A DNA stretch of 61,130 nt, counting the filler, from Ionaspis alba (taxonomy: Eukaryota): assembly GCA_964255285.1 (NCBI GenBank). It is 8 parts of 8 records of this genome, joined end to end, with 100 filler letters (N's around TTAATTAATTAA, not from the genome) between each part and the next. Parts side by side here need not be neighbours in the genome. Positions count along the whole stretch, not along the records: positions 7,713 to 15,316 come from CAXUUL010000820.1; positions 15,417 to 22,990 come from CAXUUL010000821.1; positions 23,091 to 30,662 come from CAXUUL010000822.1; 5 more parts are not named here. The stretch is one strand, 5' to 3'. The notes under the pieces are model-generated. The model worked only from the letters and a program-made list of their open reading frames with translations, made no database searches and was not told where the DNA came from. Shown piece by piece: positions 11,705-23,820 of this stretch. The position numbers were made by a program, and so were the translations under genes. Position 1 is the stretch's first letter. Each line of letters begins with the position of its first letter.

Positions 11705-14700
11705 GTCGAAGGTCCTTCGACACCGACAGTCACAGGATCGACCAGAGTCCGTTCAAGTTACTGTTGAAATGGTAGTTGTTGAGAAGCACGTAGGCTGAAA
11801 GCTTCTTGCTATGGCATCTCGATTGGCATGACTCGAGGTCATTCAAAGACGTCGCATCCGTGTTTGTCGACCCGAGGCAGTTCCCGTTGTGTCTTCAATA
11901 CCCAGTCTTTCCGTTTGTTTGCTTTTCTCGACTTTCAGACCAGTCGCAGAACAGGCACAATCCGGAAGAACAATTGATTCGATGCAGAGGCCAAATCTGG
12001 CATGAAGACAGCGAATTGTAAGCTGACAGGATGATCGGAGGCACGATAGGTGGGATCAGCGGAAGAAGGTCAGGGTGAGGCAGGAAGTTCAAGCAAGGTG
12101 GTTGAAGATCACTGTCTGAAACGCGAAGAGTCGGCAAACCCAGCCGAATGCAAACCCGCGGTGACAAGGGAGAAGGGTCGGGGATATGTGCTGCAAATCT
12201 TATTCTCTCTGCTAATCCCTCCTTCCACTGTTGGTGGTTTAATCTGGTGGAAATGGATGAGCGGACAACTATTATTGTTTTTGTTGGGTGGGGGAGTAAT
12301 GCTGCAGAGGATTGGAGAGAACACGACAGATGTTGTGCGACTGAAGGATTGGGATATGGAAAGTCGAAGGCTGAAATGGACAAATTGGATTGGGCGCCGC
12401 TCAGGTACAAGTACGAGGCAGAATCACCTCCGAGGACGCTGTTGCCAGTAGTTTAGTGGCCAAACATCGCACAGCTCGTCCCTTCAAAAGAACACCAATG
12501 CAGTAGACGGCGGGCTTGCAGGGCCCAATCCAAGGCCAGAAGGAATACGGCTCGGGATGGATGGAGGGAGAGAATCAACGACATGGCGGCGGCTGGGGTC
12601 TAGTTTGGGGAGGGCGGCACTGGGGGCTTGTTCATCTGGGATGGTGTGCAACTGCCCCTGTCAGCATACCCCTGAACCCCCGTCGTGGTGTGCCCAGTGC
12701 CCCCCTAAGTGGAAGCAATTCTGCGACGATCGAATGCACCCCTCGCGGATTCATGCTTCGGTGAACCTTCTATCTCTCCATCTATGTCATGGGCCGCCGT
12801 CTTCTCTCTCCAAGCGATGTCAAAACTATAATGGAGTGTGGTGCTGATATCTCTTAGACTTATCAATAGAAATCTCGTCAATATCGCTACGATCTATTGC
12901 TTCGCCACATGAGGATTCTGATCTGGAGCATCTGAAAGGATTTGATTGAGTTGGTCCGACTGCTCCATAACAATAATGACAGATTCTCTTGGCCAGTGCG
13001 AGTAGATGAGTGTGTGGACACAGCGTCAGCGTCACGCTACAGAATCCTGTCGTACTGCGTACAGTCGTCTATGTTGTGCTAGGCATGAGGACCAGACCAT
13101 ACCATACATCAGACAGCAGAGTCTGTGAACCAACGATCGACTTGACATAGACGACCGCTCTCTCTTCCACCAGAGCAATGTCCATCATGCAATACATCAT
13201 CGGCGCACTTCCAGACTGTGCTTTTCGATAGTCTCGCATTCTTGGGCTTTATAGTGGCATGTGTCCGTGAAGGCGCCACACTCTCGTCCGAGTCAACTTC
13301 CGTGCTTGCGCCGTCGAATGTCCAAGGGTGACGAAAAGCTGATCCACTCAGCTTTCTCAATGGTTGGACCAGCCATCAGCTCTCTTAGTCAAGCTCGCAT
13401 CTATACGCGCTGTATTGCTCTCCTTCTGATGCCTGCTGATGCCTCCTTGGCACAGCGAGCGGCAATATGGAAAGCTGGCTGAGCGCATAGAGAGATTCTC
13501 GGGGCACAGGACAGTAATCCAGTTATTTTGCGTGGCCGGTACAGCGAAAGTCAGGCTGCCCTGGTGCCACGAGATTCGGGCGCTTTTCCTCCTAGAAACC
13601 ACCGGGTCGGGACTCAAGTGTCATGGTCAAACTTTAAGCGATCTGCCGGTGATTGCATTAGCTGTCAGCTTCAGCGGGTTTGGTAGGATCCGTCCAACTT
13701 TAGCGACCTGCACCTCCGTCGTCTCATGTCGAACCAACTTTAGCCTCCAAGTGCGCAATCGCCATGTGCCATCGCTGTGCTGTGTCTCGCAGATACGATG
13801 GACCTGCGGCGACAGTTATGCCAACCAGAGATCTGGACCTCCCTCCTCTACCCTATTGGCAGACATCATTTTCTCCAATCATCATCATGATCTATGGAAA
13901 TTGTTCAATGTGCATCCGAACCACAGTTCATTGCATGCACACTATGCATGAAATATTCCCAATAAAGCATTACTCGATGCCGCATCAGGAGCACAGCATG
14001 GAGCAACCTTCATGTCAAGGAACCTCCACAGAAAGGTGGCCCCACTTGATTCCCGATTCCATCTTGAGCTTGAGCAATGATGCATTAATCTGGACTCCCA
14101 GGCGAAGCGTTGCTTAGCATTCTTACAAATTCAACCACTGGTGAGACAACGGATTGAAGCAAACAGTTGCGGCTTCACCTGTCTCGGGACAATATACAGC
14201 CTGTCAGCCCACACCAGCGGGCGTGGCTTTGAAGCCTGGAACTGTCTACACATCCTCTGTGGCTGTTATCCATAATTCGTACAGATAAAAGAAGCAGGCA
14301 CAGCTCCAGCCGAAGCAGTGGCAAAAAGCAAAGTGGCGCGAGGCTGTCTCGCAACCACAGCCGAGAATCCACCAACTGTCAGATGATAGCCCAATGATAG
14401 AGAATCTGGCAAGTCCTTTGAAAGGATAAATCCCGAAGCAGATCCTTCGATTGCTGAACTCGCACTTGCGCAGGTTTTGTGGACGACTGAAACAGAAGTC
14501 TAAATCTAGGAGAGACAATGCTGCTAGAAACGGAGTGCTGACGTTTTGATCAAGGGTCAATTGACCTGAGCCAGACAGATATTGAATTCTGTAGCCCCTT
14601 GTTCCATTTTTGATGCCTATTTCAAGCCTCTAGGCTTTCAGAACAGAGTTTCGAGAGCTATCTCAACAGAGAGCAAGAAATTCCGGTTTGGTAAGCTGAA

Positions 14701-15643
14701 CAGCGAGGCACGCGAGAATTTTTCCAAGGTTTAGATGTCCACCGCTGGTCTGAAGCACGCTGAAGATATCGTAAAACAAAGCCCTTCTGACCATTTCTTT
14801 CTCCTTATTCGCAAGCAGGCTAGACCTACACTCACCACTCACACCACAAGAAGAACATCGTCCTGAATGGGACTCAGCGTCCCGCTTCCGGTAGCTTGAC
14901 AGGAGAAAGGGCCCAGAACGGCGCCTCCCGCTCGGAAGAAGCCGAGGCAACGGCACTCAATTTCCACTGAGTGCGTCCATCAAGCCCAGCTCCGATGAGG
15001 CAGTTCAAGATATGCGAATTCGGAATTCGATATCGAGAAGACACGAAAGTTTAAAAAAACGACTGACCAGTCTTTGCGACAACATCCAGAACAAAGAAGC
15101 GAAAAGCAGAGAAGATCTCGGTTAGGACCACAGCAAAGCAAGACATCTAGAAAGCAAATCCGAACGAATGTGGAGCCTATACAGACAAATATACATTCCA
15201 AATCAATCTCACAGATCCAGCTCCAGATGTTACCCAAATCTCATTCTCTCATTTCCATGACCACATCTAACCCTCTCCCCTCTTCCCCTCCCCCTCCGCC
15301 AATATCACCCAAAAGGNNNNNNNNNNNNNNNNNNNNNNNNNNNNNNNNNNNNNNNNNNNNTTAATTAATTAANNNNNNNNNNNNNNNNNNNNNNNNNNNN
15401 NNNNNNNNNNNNNNNNGGATATTGGCGGTCGGCGAATTACTCGGAGCTACATCGGAAGTAGCTAGCGGCACCGGTGGCCGGATTATGTAACGCTTCCTGC
15501 TTGAAAATGCGGAACCCCACCATCATGCTCAAGCACAAAGCTTCTCAACAGTGAAGGCTTAGATCACTTCTCCTTCTTCCCAACCGTACTTCACAACTGC
15601 TGAAAAGCTACGGAATACTGAAAGATTCATACATACAACTACA

Positions 15644-17523
15644 ATGGCGGACAACGAGTTGTAAGTGAACCCATAGCAACATCTGCTTTCTTATGGGCAA
15701 TTGCCCCACTATTTGGATTAATGCCTCAAGTACCGTCGTCACAGCACAACGAGATCTGCCAATTACCCCCCTTTCACGTTGAGGCTTCTACATACTTTAC
15801 AATACTACTTCATCAAGCCTTCATCTGCGAGACAGGACGCGTGTTTTACCACTACCGTCGCTGACATGGTTACCGTCTTCCAGAGCAGATTTCGGCCTTA
15901 TTGGTCTGGCCGTTATGGGCCAGAATCTGATCATGAACGCGGCAGACCATGGCTACAAGGTTCTCGCGTTCAACAGAACGGTATCCAAGGTCGATCGTTT
16001 CCTTGAAAACGAAGCAAAAGGTATGTTACCCCCGCAGTGCAGACATGGCAGACCGATTCTGACAGGTTCTTTTGACAGGCATGTCAATCACTGGTGCGCA
16101 CTCGATCCAGGAATTTGTCTCCAAGCTCAAGAAGCCTCGACGTATGATGCTTCTCGTCATGGCTGGCAAGCCCGTCGACGACTTCATCGATTCGCTCCTC
16201 CCATTCGTCGAAAAGGGGGATATCATCATTGATGGTGGAAACTCGCATTATCCAGACACAAATCGTCGTACCAGAGCCCTAGCCGAGAAAGGTATTCGAT
16301 TCGTCGGTACCGGTGTTTCCGGTGGAGAGGAAGGTGCCCGATACGGGCCCAGTCTGATGCCGGGAGGAAACGAGGAGGCTTGGCCGTACATCAAGGACAT
16401 TTTCCAAGCCATCGCCGCAAAATCGGACGGCGAGCCTTGCTGCGACTGGGTCGGGGACGAAGGTGCTGGGCATTACGTCAAAATGGTTCACAACGGAATT
16501 GAATATGGTGACATGCAATTGATTTGCGAGGTATAGCTCTAAGCTTCGCGCTCAACGAGCCTTTGTCACAGAAACTGAAACATTCTCTTCAGGCATACGA
16601 CATCATGAAGCGCGGGCTGGGACTTTCTGAGAAAGAAATGGGTGACGTCTTCGCGACTTGGAACAAGGGGGTCCTCGATTCTTTCCTCATTGAGATCACG
16701 CGCGATGTGCTCAGATTCAATGATGATGACGGAAAGCCGCTTGTCGAGAAGATCCTCGACTCCGCCGGACAAAAAGGTACCGGAAAGTGGACGGCAATCA
16801 ACGCTCTGGACCTCGGAATGCCTGTTACTCTGATCGGTGAAGCTGTGTTCGCCCGTTGCTTGAGCTCCTTGAAGGACGAGCGTGGACGTGCTGCCAAGGT
16901 CCTTGATGGTCCTGCCCGACAAGAATTCAAGGGCGACAAGCAGGAATTCCTCGCCAACCTAGAGCAAGCATTGTATGCCTCGAAGATCATCTCTTATGCC
17001 CAAGGCTTCATGCTTATCCAGAACGTGAGTAATCTCAAAGCCCTATCTTAACAAAGATCTAACACGCTTTTTCTTTGAACAGGCTGCCAAAGAGTACAAG
17101 TGGAAGCTCAACAAACCTTCCATTGCCTTGATGTGGCGAGGAGGGTGCATCATCCGATCGGTCTTCTTGAAGGACATCACCAAAGCTTATAGGGACAATC
17201 CCGATCTAGAGAACCTTCTCTTCAACGATTTCTTCAACAAGGCCATCCACAACGCGCAAGCCGGGTGGAGAGACATCGTCAGCAAAGGTGCACTTTGGGG
17301 AATTCCCACTCCAGCTTTCAGCACAGCTCTTAGCTTCTACGACGGATACCGAGCGAAAGACTTGCCAGCAAACTTGCTGCAAGCTCAAAGAGATTACTTC
17401 GGCGCGCACACTTTCAAGATCAAGCCCGAGTATGCAAGCGACAAGTATCCCACAGGCAAGGACATCCACGTGAACTGGACCGGACGAGGAGGAAACGTTT
17501 CCGCATCTACATACCAAGCATAA
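15644..17523 (+). CDS. GND1: 6-phosphogluconate dehydrogenase, decarboxylating, 4 introns
   Basis: [56 protein letters not shown]. Confidence 0.97.
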
Positions 17524-18090
17524 GAATCATCTGTAGACACACGGTCGGTAGATCGCACAGCTAGTATGTCAATATTGACGAATAAGACCAGAACTCAAGA
17601 GGCCTCTGGACTGGTAAATATTAGGGCATTTTGCGAGAACGAAGACAGCCTTTGTTATAAACAATGAAAGTGCGCCGAGATTTCAAGGTGGATAGAAAGT
17701 CGACCAGCCAATAGTACATAATCGTATTTTGCGTAGTATTGTGCCTCGTTCAAATGCGTGAGATCGGATGCAAAGTCGTAGAATTGGGTGTTGGTTCGAA
17801 CGTGGTCCCAACATGCGAATGCCGACCACTCCAATGCACGGTCAGATGCTCAAACATCCAACTGTCAGACGACAATCTTCTTCCAACCGTATAACCTCGG
17901 TCAACGGGTGCAGCTTTCCTTCAATCTTCTGGATCGCAAGTCTCGACCTCCTTGGCATCTGCTGCGACGATCGCCGTTAGTAATTTACAGGCCCGACGAC
18001 CAGGGATGATCCAGCACACTCGACCCGTCGCGATTGGAAATGACATATGCTAGGGACAAGTAACTTGATTTAGGAGCTCCTTGAGTCGCC

Positions 18091-20055
18091 ATGGAGGCTT
18101 CCGACCTCGAACAAAATCACTGGAAGTCTGCGAACTCCACTCCTCTGCCATCTGGCAATCTGCTTGCTCGTCGATCATCATCCTCACGTCCAAACCACGA
18201 CGCCTCTTCTCCCCGAGATGCTAGCCCTGAGCGGCCACCTTCAACACACTCTTTACATTCTGACATGGATGAAGCAAAGGACGGTTATAGACGACGAAAG
18301 AAGTCTCCTGTTGGGATCGATCGACTAGAAAATAGAACGCTCAATGAGGGCATGTCGAACAAATCTCGTCGGAAGAGTCAAGCTGCGGACGAAGGAGAGC
18401 ATAAACATCATATTCTTGCCCAAAACGAGTACGAGGCCGAAGCCAAGTCTTCTCGGTCGAGTAGCGGCGACTTTGAGCTAGATGACACGCTTTCCGAGGA
18501 CGCATTGACGGACGACGAGGAGACTGGTCTTACGAAACCAGATCGGCGAAAGAGACGGCGGAGAAAGAGGAGGAATACATTACTAGATGAGAGGATTGCA
18601 GGAGACAGTAACATAGAGAAGCAAGAACGCAAACTTGCAGACTTAAGCGTATTGAAGTCATCAGCGATCAATGCACTTCTGATAGGATTGTGGTATGTGG
18701 TCCATGACTTCTCTCTGACTATCTACTGACAACCTGCTTAAGGTACCTCTTTTCCCTCTCGATATCTATAGTAAGTCACCGCTTGGGACGATCGATATAA
18801 TGAGTGGTACCTTATTCGCTTTTACAGTACAATAAATGGATGTTCTCGCCGGACCATCTCGATTTCCACTTCCCCCTTTTCACGACCTGTATGCACATGC
18901 TTGTGCAGTTCTGCCTCGCATCCTCCGTCCTCTACTTCATACCGCGCTTCAGACCACGAGCGGACAGCATATCGAATCCTCACAACGTGCAAAAAGAGGA
19001 GGAGACTTCCAAACCCAAAGGACCTCTGATGACCGTGCAATTCTATCTTACCCGGATTGGACCTTGCGGTGCAGCTACAGGTCTGGATATCGGGCTTGGA
19101 AATATGTCACTGAAGTTTATCACACTCACCTTCTTCAGTAAGTCGTTTTAGACTGCCTTACCGCTCATACTGTGCCCTGCAGGCTTGGGCTGACAGATCC
19201 CTAGCGATGTGTAAATCCTCCGCTCTAGCCTTCGTCCTCCTCTTTGCCTTCATCTTCCGTCTCGAAACTCCCTCCATTAAATTGGTTCTCATCATCGCCA
19301 CCATGACAATCGGTGTCATCATGATGGTCGCTGGTGAGGCAAAATTCAATACTCTTGGCTTTATCCTCATTATCTCCTCGGCCTTTTTCTCCGGCTTTCG
19401 TTGGGCTCTCACTCAGATCCTTCTCCTCAGAAATCCTGCAACCAGCAACCCCTTCAGCAGTATCTTCTTCCTCGCGCCAATCATGTTCTTGAGCTTGGCT
19501 ATCCTCGCTATACCCATCGAAGGGTTTGGACCTTTGGGAGAAGGTCTTGCACTTTTGACCGCAGAGAAGGGGACTTTCACTGGCATTATGCTGCTTCTGT
19601 TCCCGGGTGTTCTGGCCTTCTGTATGACCTCCTCAGAATTCGCTCTCTTGCGCCGTACTTCCGTCGTGACACTCAGCATCTGCGGCATTTTCAAGGAAGT
19701 CGTCACGATCTCAGCCGCAGGAATTGTGTTTCACGACCCTCTAACTCCCATCAATATCAGCGGCTTACTGGTCACCATTGCCAGTATTGCTGCATACAAT
19801 TATATCAAGATCCGCAAAATGCGCTCTGATGCAATGGAAAAGGTAAAGGAAGAATTTGAAGGTGAGGAGCGGGAGGGGATGGTGGCTCAGCGAGACGAAG
19901 CTGAGGGTGTGAGGGAGAGGCAGAGCACGAGCAGTATGGTCATTGATGCAGTCCAGTCGAGTTTGACTCTCATTACTCCTGCTAGCGGTCGGGGCACTAC
20001 TGCTGATGGGCGGGAAAGGCAGTCACCCGTCAAGAGGCAGCAGGATCTGGAGTGA
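18091..20055 (+). CDS. Triose-phosphate-translocator / nucleotide-sugar transporter family (SLC35C2/Ymd8-like), 3 introns; start uncertain
   Basis: YNKWMF, FPLFTT..HMLVQF, GLDIGLGNMSL, MCKSSALAFVLLFAFIFRLE, SGFRWALTQILL, GIFKEV. Confidence 0.9.
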
Positions 20056-20398
20056 CGATTTCATGTATTATGTCTATACAATTGTGAATAGCACTGTTGA
20101 TTTGTATTGCTACTCGTGTGTAGCATTAGCGCACGGATTTGCTTGTTGGGACGATTGAAGATACCATTATTGCGATTACGTCGCACTATGGCAGTCGCCT
20201 AAATGTGCAATAATTGCCATAGCATCTACAATGTGGTCTTCTTTCTTACTGCCCTCTCAACGTGTGACATCTGCCAGCTGACGGGATCTCTGTCCGGTAA
20301 AGCTTAGCTGCTGCCTCCATAAACCACAACTGCTCTTCCTCCGTCTTCCTCGGTGCTCTCCCTTTCGTGCACATCCTCTATCTCCATATCCAATGCCC

Positions 20399-20887
20399 TC
20401 AACCTCCCTTCCTCGGTCCACTCGTCGGTACCGCAGCTGGCACAGCGGGCCTGTTCGCTCCTTTCTGCGCCATCTTCAACCTCTCATTTTCCAACTAGAC
20501 ACAACGCATCAATCTCTCCGTCCCTGCACAACCAAGNNNNNNNNNNNNNNNNNNNNNNNNNNNNNNNNNNNNNNNNNNNNNNNNNNNNNNNNNNNNNNNN
20601 NNNNNNNNNNNNNNNNNNNNNNNNNNNNNNNNNNNNAGGTTGAGTGCGGGCGAGACGGTGAAGAGAGTGCCTTCGTAGGTCTGCGAGCTGGGTGGAACGG
20701 TCTGGATACGGATTCTGATCACTTGCGTTGGTGATGTGTTGTAGACACGAAGAGAGGCCTGGGGAACTCACCTTGATCCAAACGCGGCGCTCAGGGCTGT
20801 CTCCAAAGATACCATGCTCGACGGGCCAATATTTGGCGTTGCAACCGGCACTTTCCCTCCGGCGCCCTGCCGCTTCGTGTCTGCCAT
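20399..20887 (-). CDS. LSM12: Lsm12-like protein (Sm fold + anticodon-binding domain), middle lost in the 100-N gap
   Basis: Manual splice: MADTKRQ...ALSAAFGSR/IRIQTVPPSSQTYEGTLFTVSPALN; after the gap LENERLKM...GPRKGG* (TGA 20399-20401). Confidence 0.72.
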
Positions 20888-22371
20888 CCTCGCACTGCTC
20901 CTCGTAGCTGCTCTGGCCGAAGCTGGTCTCTCTAATACTCAGTCGCGCATCGAAACAGCAGGGCTACACGTCTCGGTCGTGGCGCCTAAGGATGACGGGG
21001 CCCAGAAACACGCAGACTCGTAAAGGAATGACGTAAAGGATAAGGAGAGTGGAGGGAAATTGGCGAGGCTGTGAAGGGCTGCTCTCTCGACGATGAGCCC
21101 TAAGAAGTAAATCTTTTGGGCAGTTGCGGATTGGATCGTTGGCGCGAAGCTTTGTTAGGAACGGAAAGAATAAGCGCCCTGATGGAAGCTAGTGATATAA
21201 TGCTTGGCATCTGCTTCGGCTGCTTCATATCAACAGAATCATACTCAATCGAGCTCCCTTCAACCAATACTTTCCCCGCCAAACGTTGGTCTTTCAAGGC
21301 AGTTACAAAAGCCGCGGCAAGATCTAATGATGAATGCTCATAATTTTGTCATGGAATTGACTGACTCCAGTCAAGAGAAGGTGAGATGGCCGTAGGACAG
21401 TCTGTTCTGTTGAATTGGTATAGTCGCTTGTGCTGAGCACTCGTATTGTATTCGCGTGATATTTCGCACGTTTTCGCCTTGTTGAGGATGATCTAAATGC
21501 CCTGAGAGTGGCCGAGAGACGTACGAGCGAGGTTGGCGCAATGCGGAACACAGGACTGATGATGGTCCACAATGCTCAAAGATTAATCAATTGAATTTTT
21601 AAGCAAGGCCCGGGAGAATTTCAAGTAATGTTCCAACGTGCCTGGGAGAGTGGCACGTTTAAGTTGATGTCCTTTTCACAGTGAGGCAAATCGAATTAGG
21701 GGCTAGAGACTCCAGTGCTGGCTTGTCATTGATGCTAGATACTAACTCAACTACAGGGCGCGGCTACACCAACCCCTACTTTTTGACTCCGCTAACTTGA
21801 TTTGTTCGCGCCCTTCATGTCTGCGTTTGTGGTACCAATGCCAGCTCAGGACGAGTGCAGTGTTTCCATGTCAGAGAATGTGATCTCCAAGAACCTTTTG
21901 CGTGAAATTTCACGTCTGGCTATTGCCATAGACTTTGCCTTGATCGCATAATCTGACTTTATATGGAAAGACGATCTAGAATAGATCCCTCGAAGGTCAT
22001 AGCATAGTACCCAGTGCCTCTGAAGAAGTTTTTCCCCACCTTGGTGACTCGAAGACAGCTACTCCAGGTCTTTCCTCTTCGAAGGTACCGACTTCTTCCA
22101 GAAAGGGTTGCAATGATCACGATCAATACATTAGGCCCACGGAAATAGCCCGGTTGTCTCTATGATAAAAAAAGCTAATTTTATGGTTTACATGTGCTTG
22201 CTCTACGTGTCTTCTGGTTCATGATGCTGCCGAATGAATCTCATATCTTGGCCCGAACTCAAAATCTCGGAACGGACAAGACAATACCGCATACCATGGC
22301 AAGCAGGCCCGTGGTTGTGATATTGTTCCTGCCCAACAAGGACCTAACTTAAATCACCTCGGAAAGAAGAC

Positions 22372-22378
22372 TATAAAT
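22372..22378 (+). promoter_or_regulatory. TATA box of the secreted-protein gene
   Basis: TATAAAT followed by a CT-rich tract, about 150 nt upstream of ACAATG at 22523. Confidence 0.6.
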
Positions 22379-22522
22379 ACGAAGCTGCCCCCTTCTTTAC
22401 TCCTACATCAACTTTCTCCTCTACGCACCCTGAACAACTGAGTACCACCCATTCAAAATCCCAAAATTACACACAAACCTCAATCATCCACCAATTCAAA
22501 AACCACACCACGACCTCGAACA

Positions 22523-22966
22523 ATGGCTCCCGTCAACACCTTGTTCGCTCTCCTCTGCCTCTTCTCCTTCCTCTTCCCCTCCCTTGCTGGTCCCCTTCCA
22601 GCCACCCTTGACCGCAGATACGCTGGCGGTATGTGCTCCTTCAAGCTGAAGCAGCACATGAAGACCAAGCACTATGGCTGGCTCGCCCTCTGGATCTGGG
22701 ACTCGGAGTCGATGGTCATCGGTGAGATCGGCGACACCAACTTCGACATGAAGCACAGCGTCCCGACAATCGATGTCTTCAGCCAGCTGCCGGATGTACT
22801 CGTCATCACGCCGGAAAAGAACGGCGAATACATCCAATTCGCGATCGGAGCCGACAGCTGGCCGAGTGACGATCCGACGAGGTGTACGACCTGGCAGTGG
22901 GAACGCTCGCGGCAGTGGAGAGTCGGTCGAAAGCAAAGGGACATGAATTGTACCTTTGTCTGTTGA
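22523..22966 (+). CDS. Small secreted protein (signal peptide, DRR Kex2-like site, 4 Cys in mature part)
   Basis: Intronless 147 aa, hydrophobic N-terminus, C/G-ending codons, ends RDMNCTFVC. Confidence 0.85.
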   Translation: MAPVNTLFALLCLFSFLFPSLAGPLPATLDRRYAGGMCSFKLKQHMKTKHYGWLALWIWDSESMVIGEIGDTNFDMKHSVPTIDVFSQLPDVLVITPEKNGEYIQFAIGADSWPSDDPTRCTTWQWERSRQWRVGRKQRDMNCTFVC

Positions 22967-23131
22967 TGGAAGAGCCTTGGAGCGGGAGTTNNNNNNNNNN
23001 NNNNNNNNNNNNNNNNNNNNNNNNNNNNNNNNNNTTAATTAATTAANNNNNNNNNNNNNNNNNNNNNNNNNNNNNNNNNNNNNNNNNNNNGAGGGCGTTC
23101 TTGATCAGCCTTGCAAAGGAAGGGGGAAGAG

Positions 23132-23167
23132 GAAGAAGAAGAAGAAGAAGAAGAAGAAGAAGAAGAA
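23132..23167 (+). repeat. (GAA)12 microsatellite
   Basis: Direct reading. Confidence 0.95.
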
Positions 23168-23820
23168 GAGATGATGATTTGATGGTGGGGCACTGAGGTG
23201 GGATATAGATGTTCTTTGCAAGGTAGCCTGGACGGAAGTCGCAATGACAGATGTAGGCTGCTTAATCAGAAAGGCACTTGACGCAGTAACAGGCATTGAA
23301 TGGCAACGATAACATGCCCCAAAAATGGATATTGCTTCTGCATAGCGAAGTCTGAACCCTGAAGCTTGTGAAGGTCAACTGAGGGCAGAGTGGGGGGGGG
23401 GAGCACTGACTCGCATGAGGGGTGAAAGTCAACAATGGCCAATAGCTGAGACCCTTCTAGATTAGTTGACCGCTAGCGAGCTTCAGTCCCGGGAGCCGCT
23501 TATGCACCCGCCTATCCGCTGTATGCCGGTACGACAAGGCTTACTCAGGGCTCGTGTATCGGAATTGCTGGGCAAATCGGCAAGAAGTAAAATAGAAGTA
23601 ACATGTCTGATAGGTTCAAACCTGATGAGAGGTAAAGAATGCAGAAATCGAACATGGTGTCTCTTCAGAACAGCCTTTCGAAGCACAATCTGAACGTTCA
23701 AAGCCATGCATGCCAAACACCTCGAATGCCGACCCAAACACCCACGGAGCAACACCCGCTAAACAACATTCAGAGCCCACAAAAAATGTCAAATGATCAT
23801 ACACATCACTCATCACTCCA

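Noticed and set aside
15661..15883. Long first intron of GND1 as a source of a cryptic PTS2 (as in Candida) or a snoRNA
   Set aside because: Read-through from exon 1 stops at once; the frame entering exon 2 has no ATG and no RLx5HL motif; no convincing C/D or H/ACA boxes
17770..17815. GGTTCGAAC tRNA B-box-like motif
   Set aside because: Flanks do not form a T-stem or cloverleaf
21100..21572. Short minus-strand ORFs upstream of LSM12 as a possible pseudogene
   Set aside because: No recognisable motif, splice pattern or codon bias
21635..21659. 8-bp inverted repeat AACGTGCC/GGCACGTT
   Set aside because: Isolated, no TSD or functional context; compatible with chance in 61 kb
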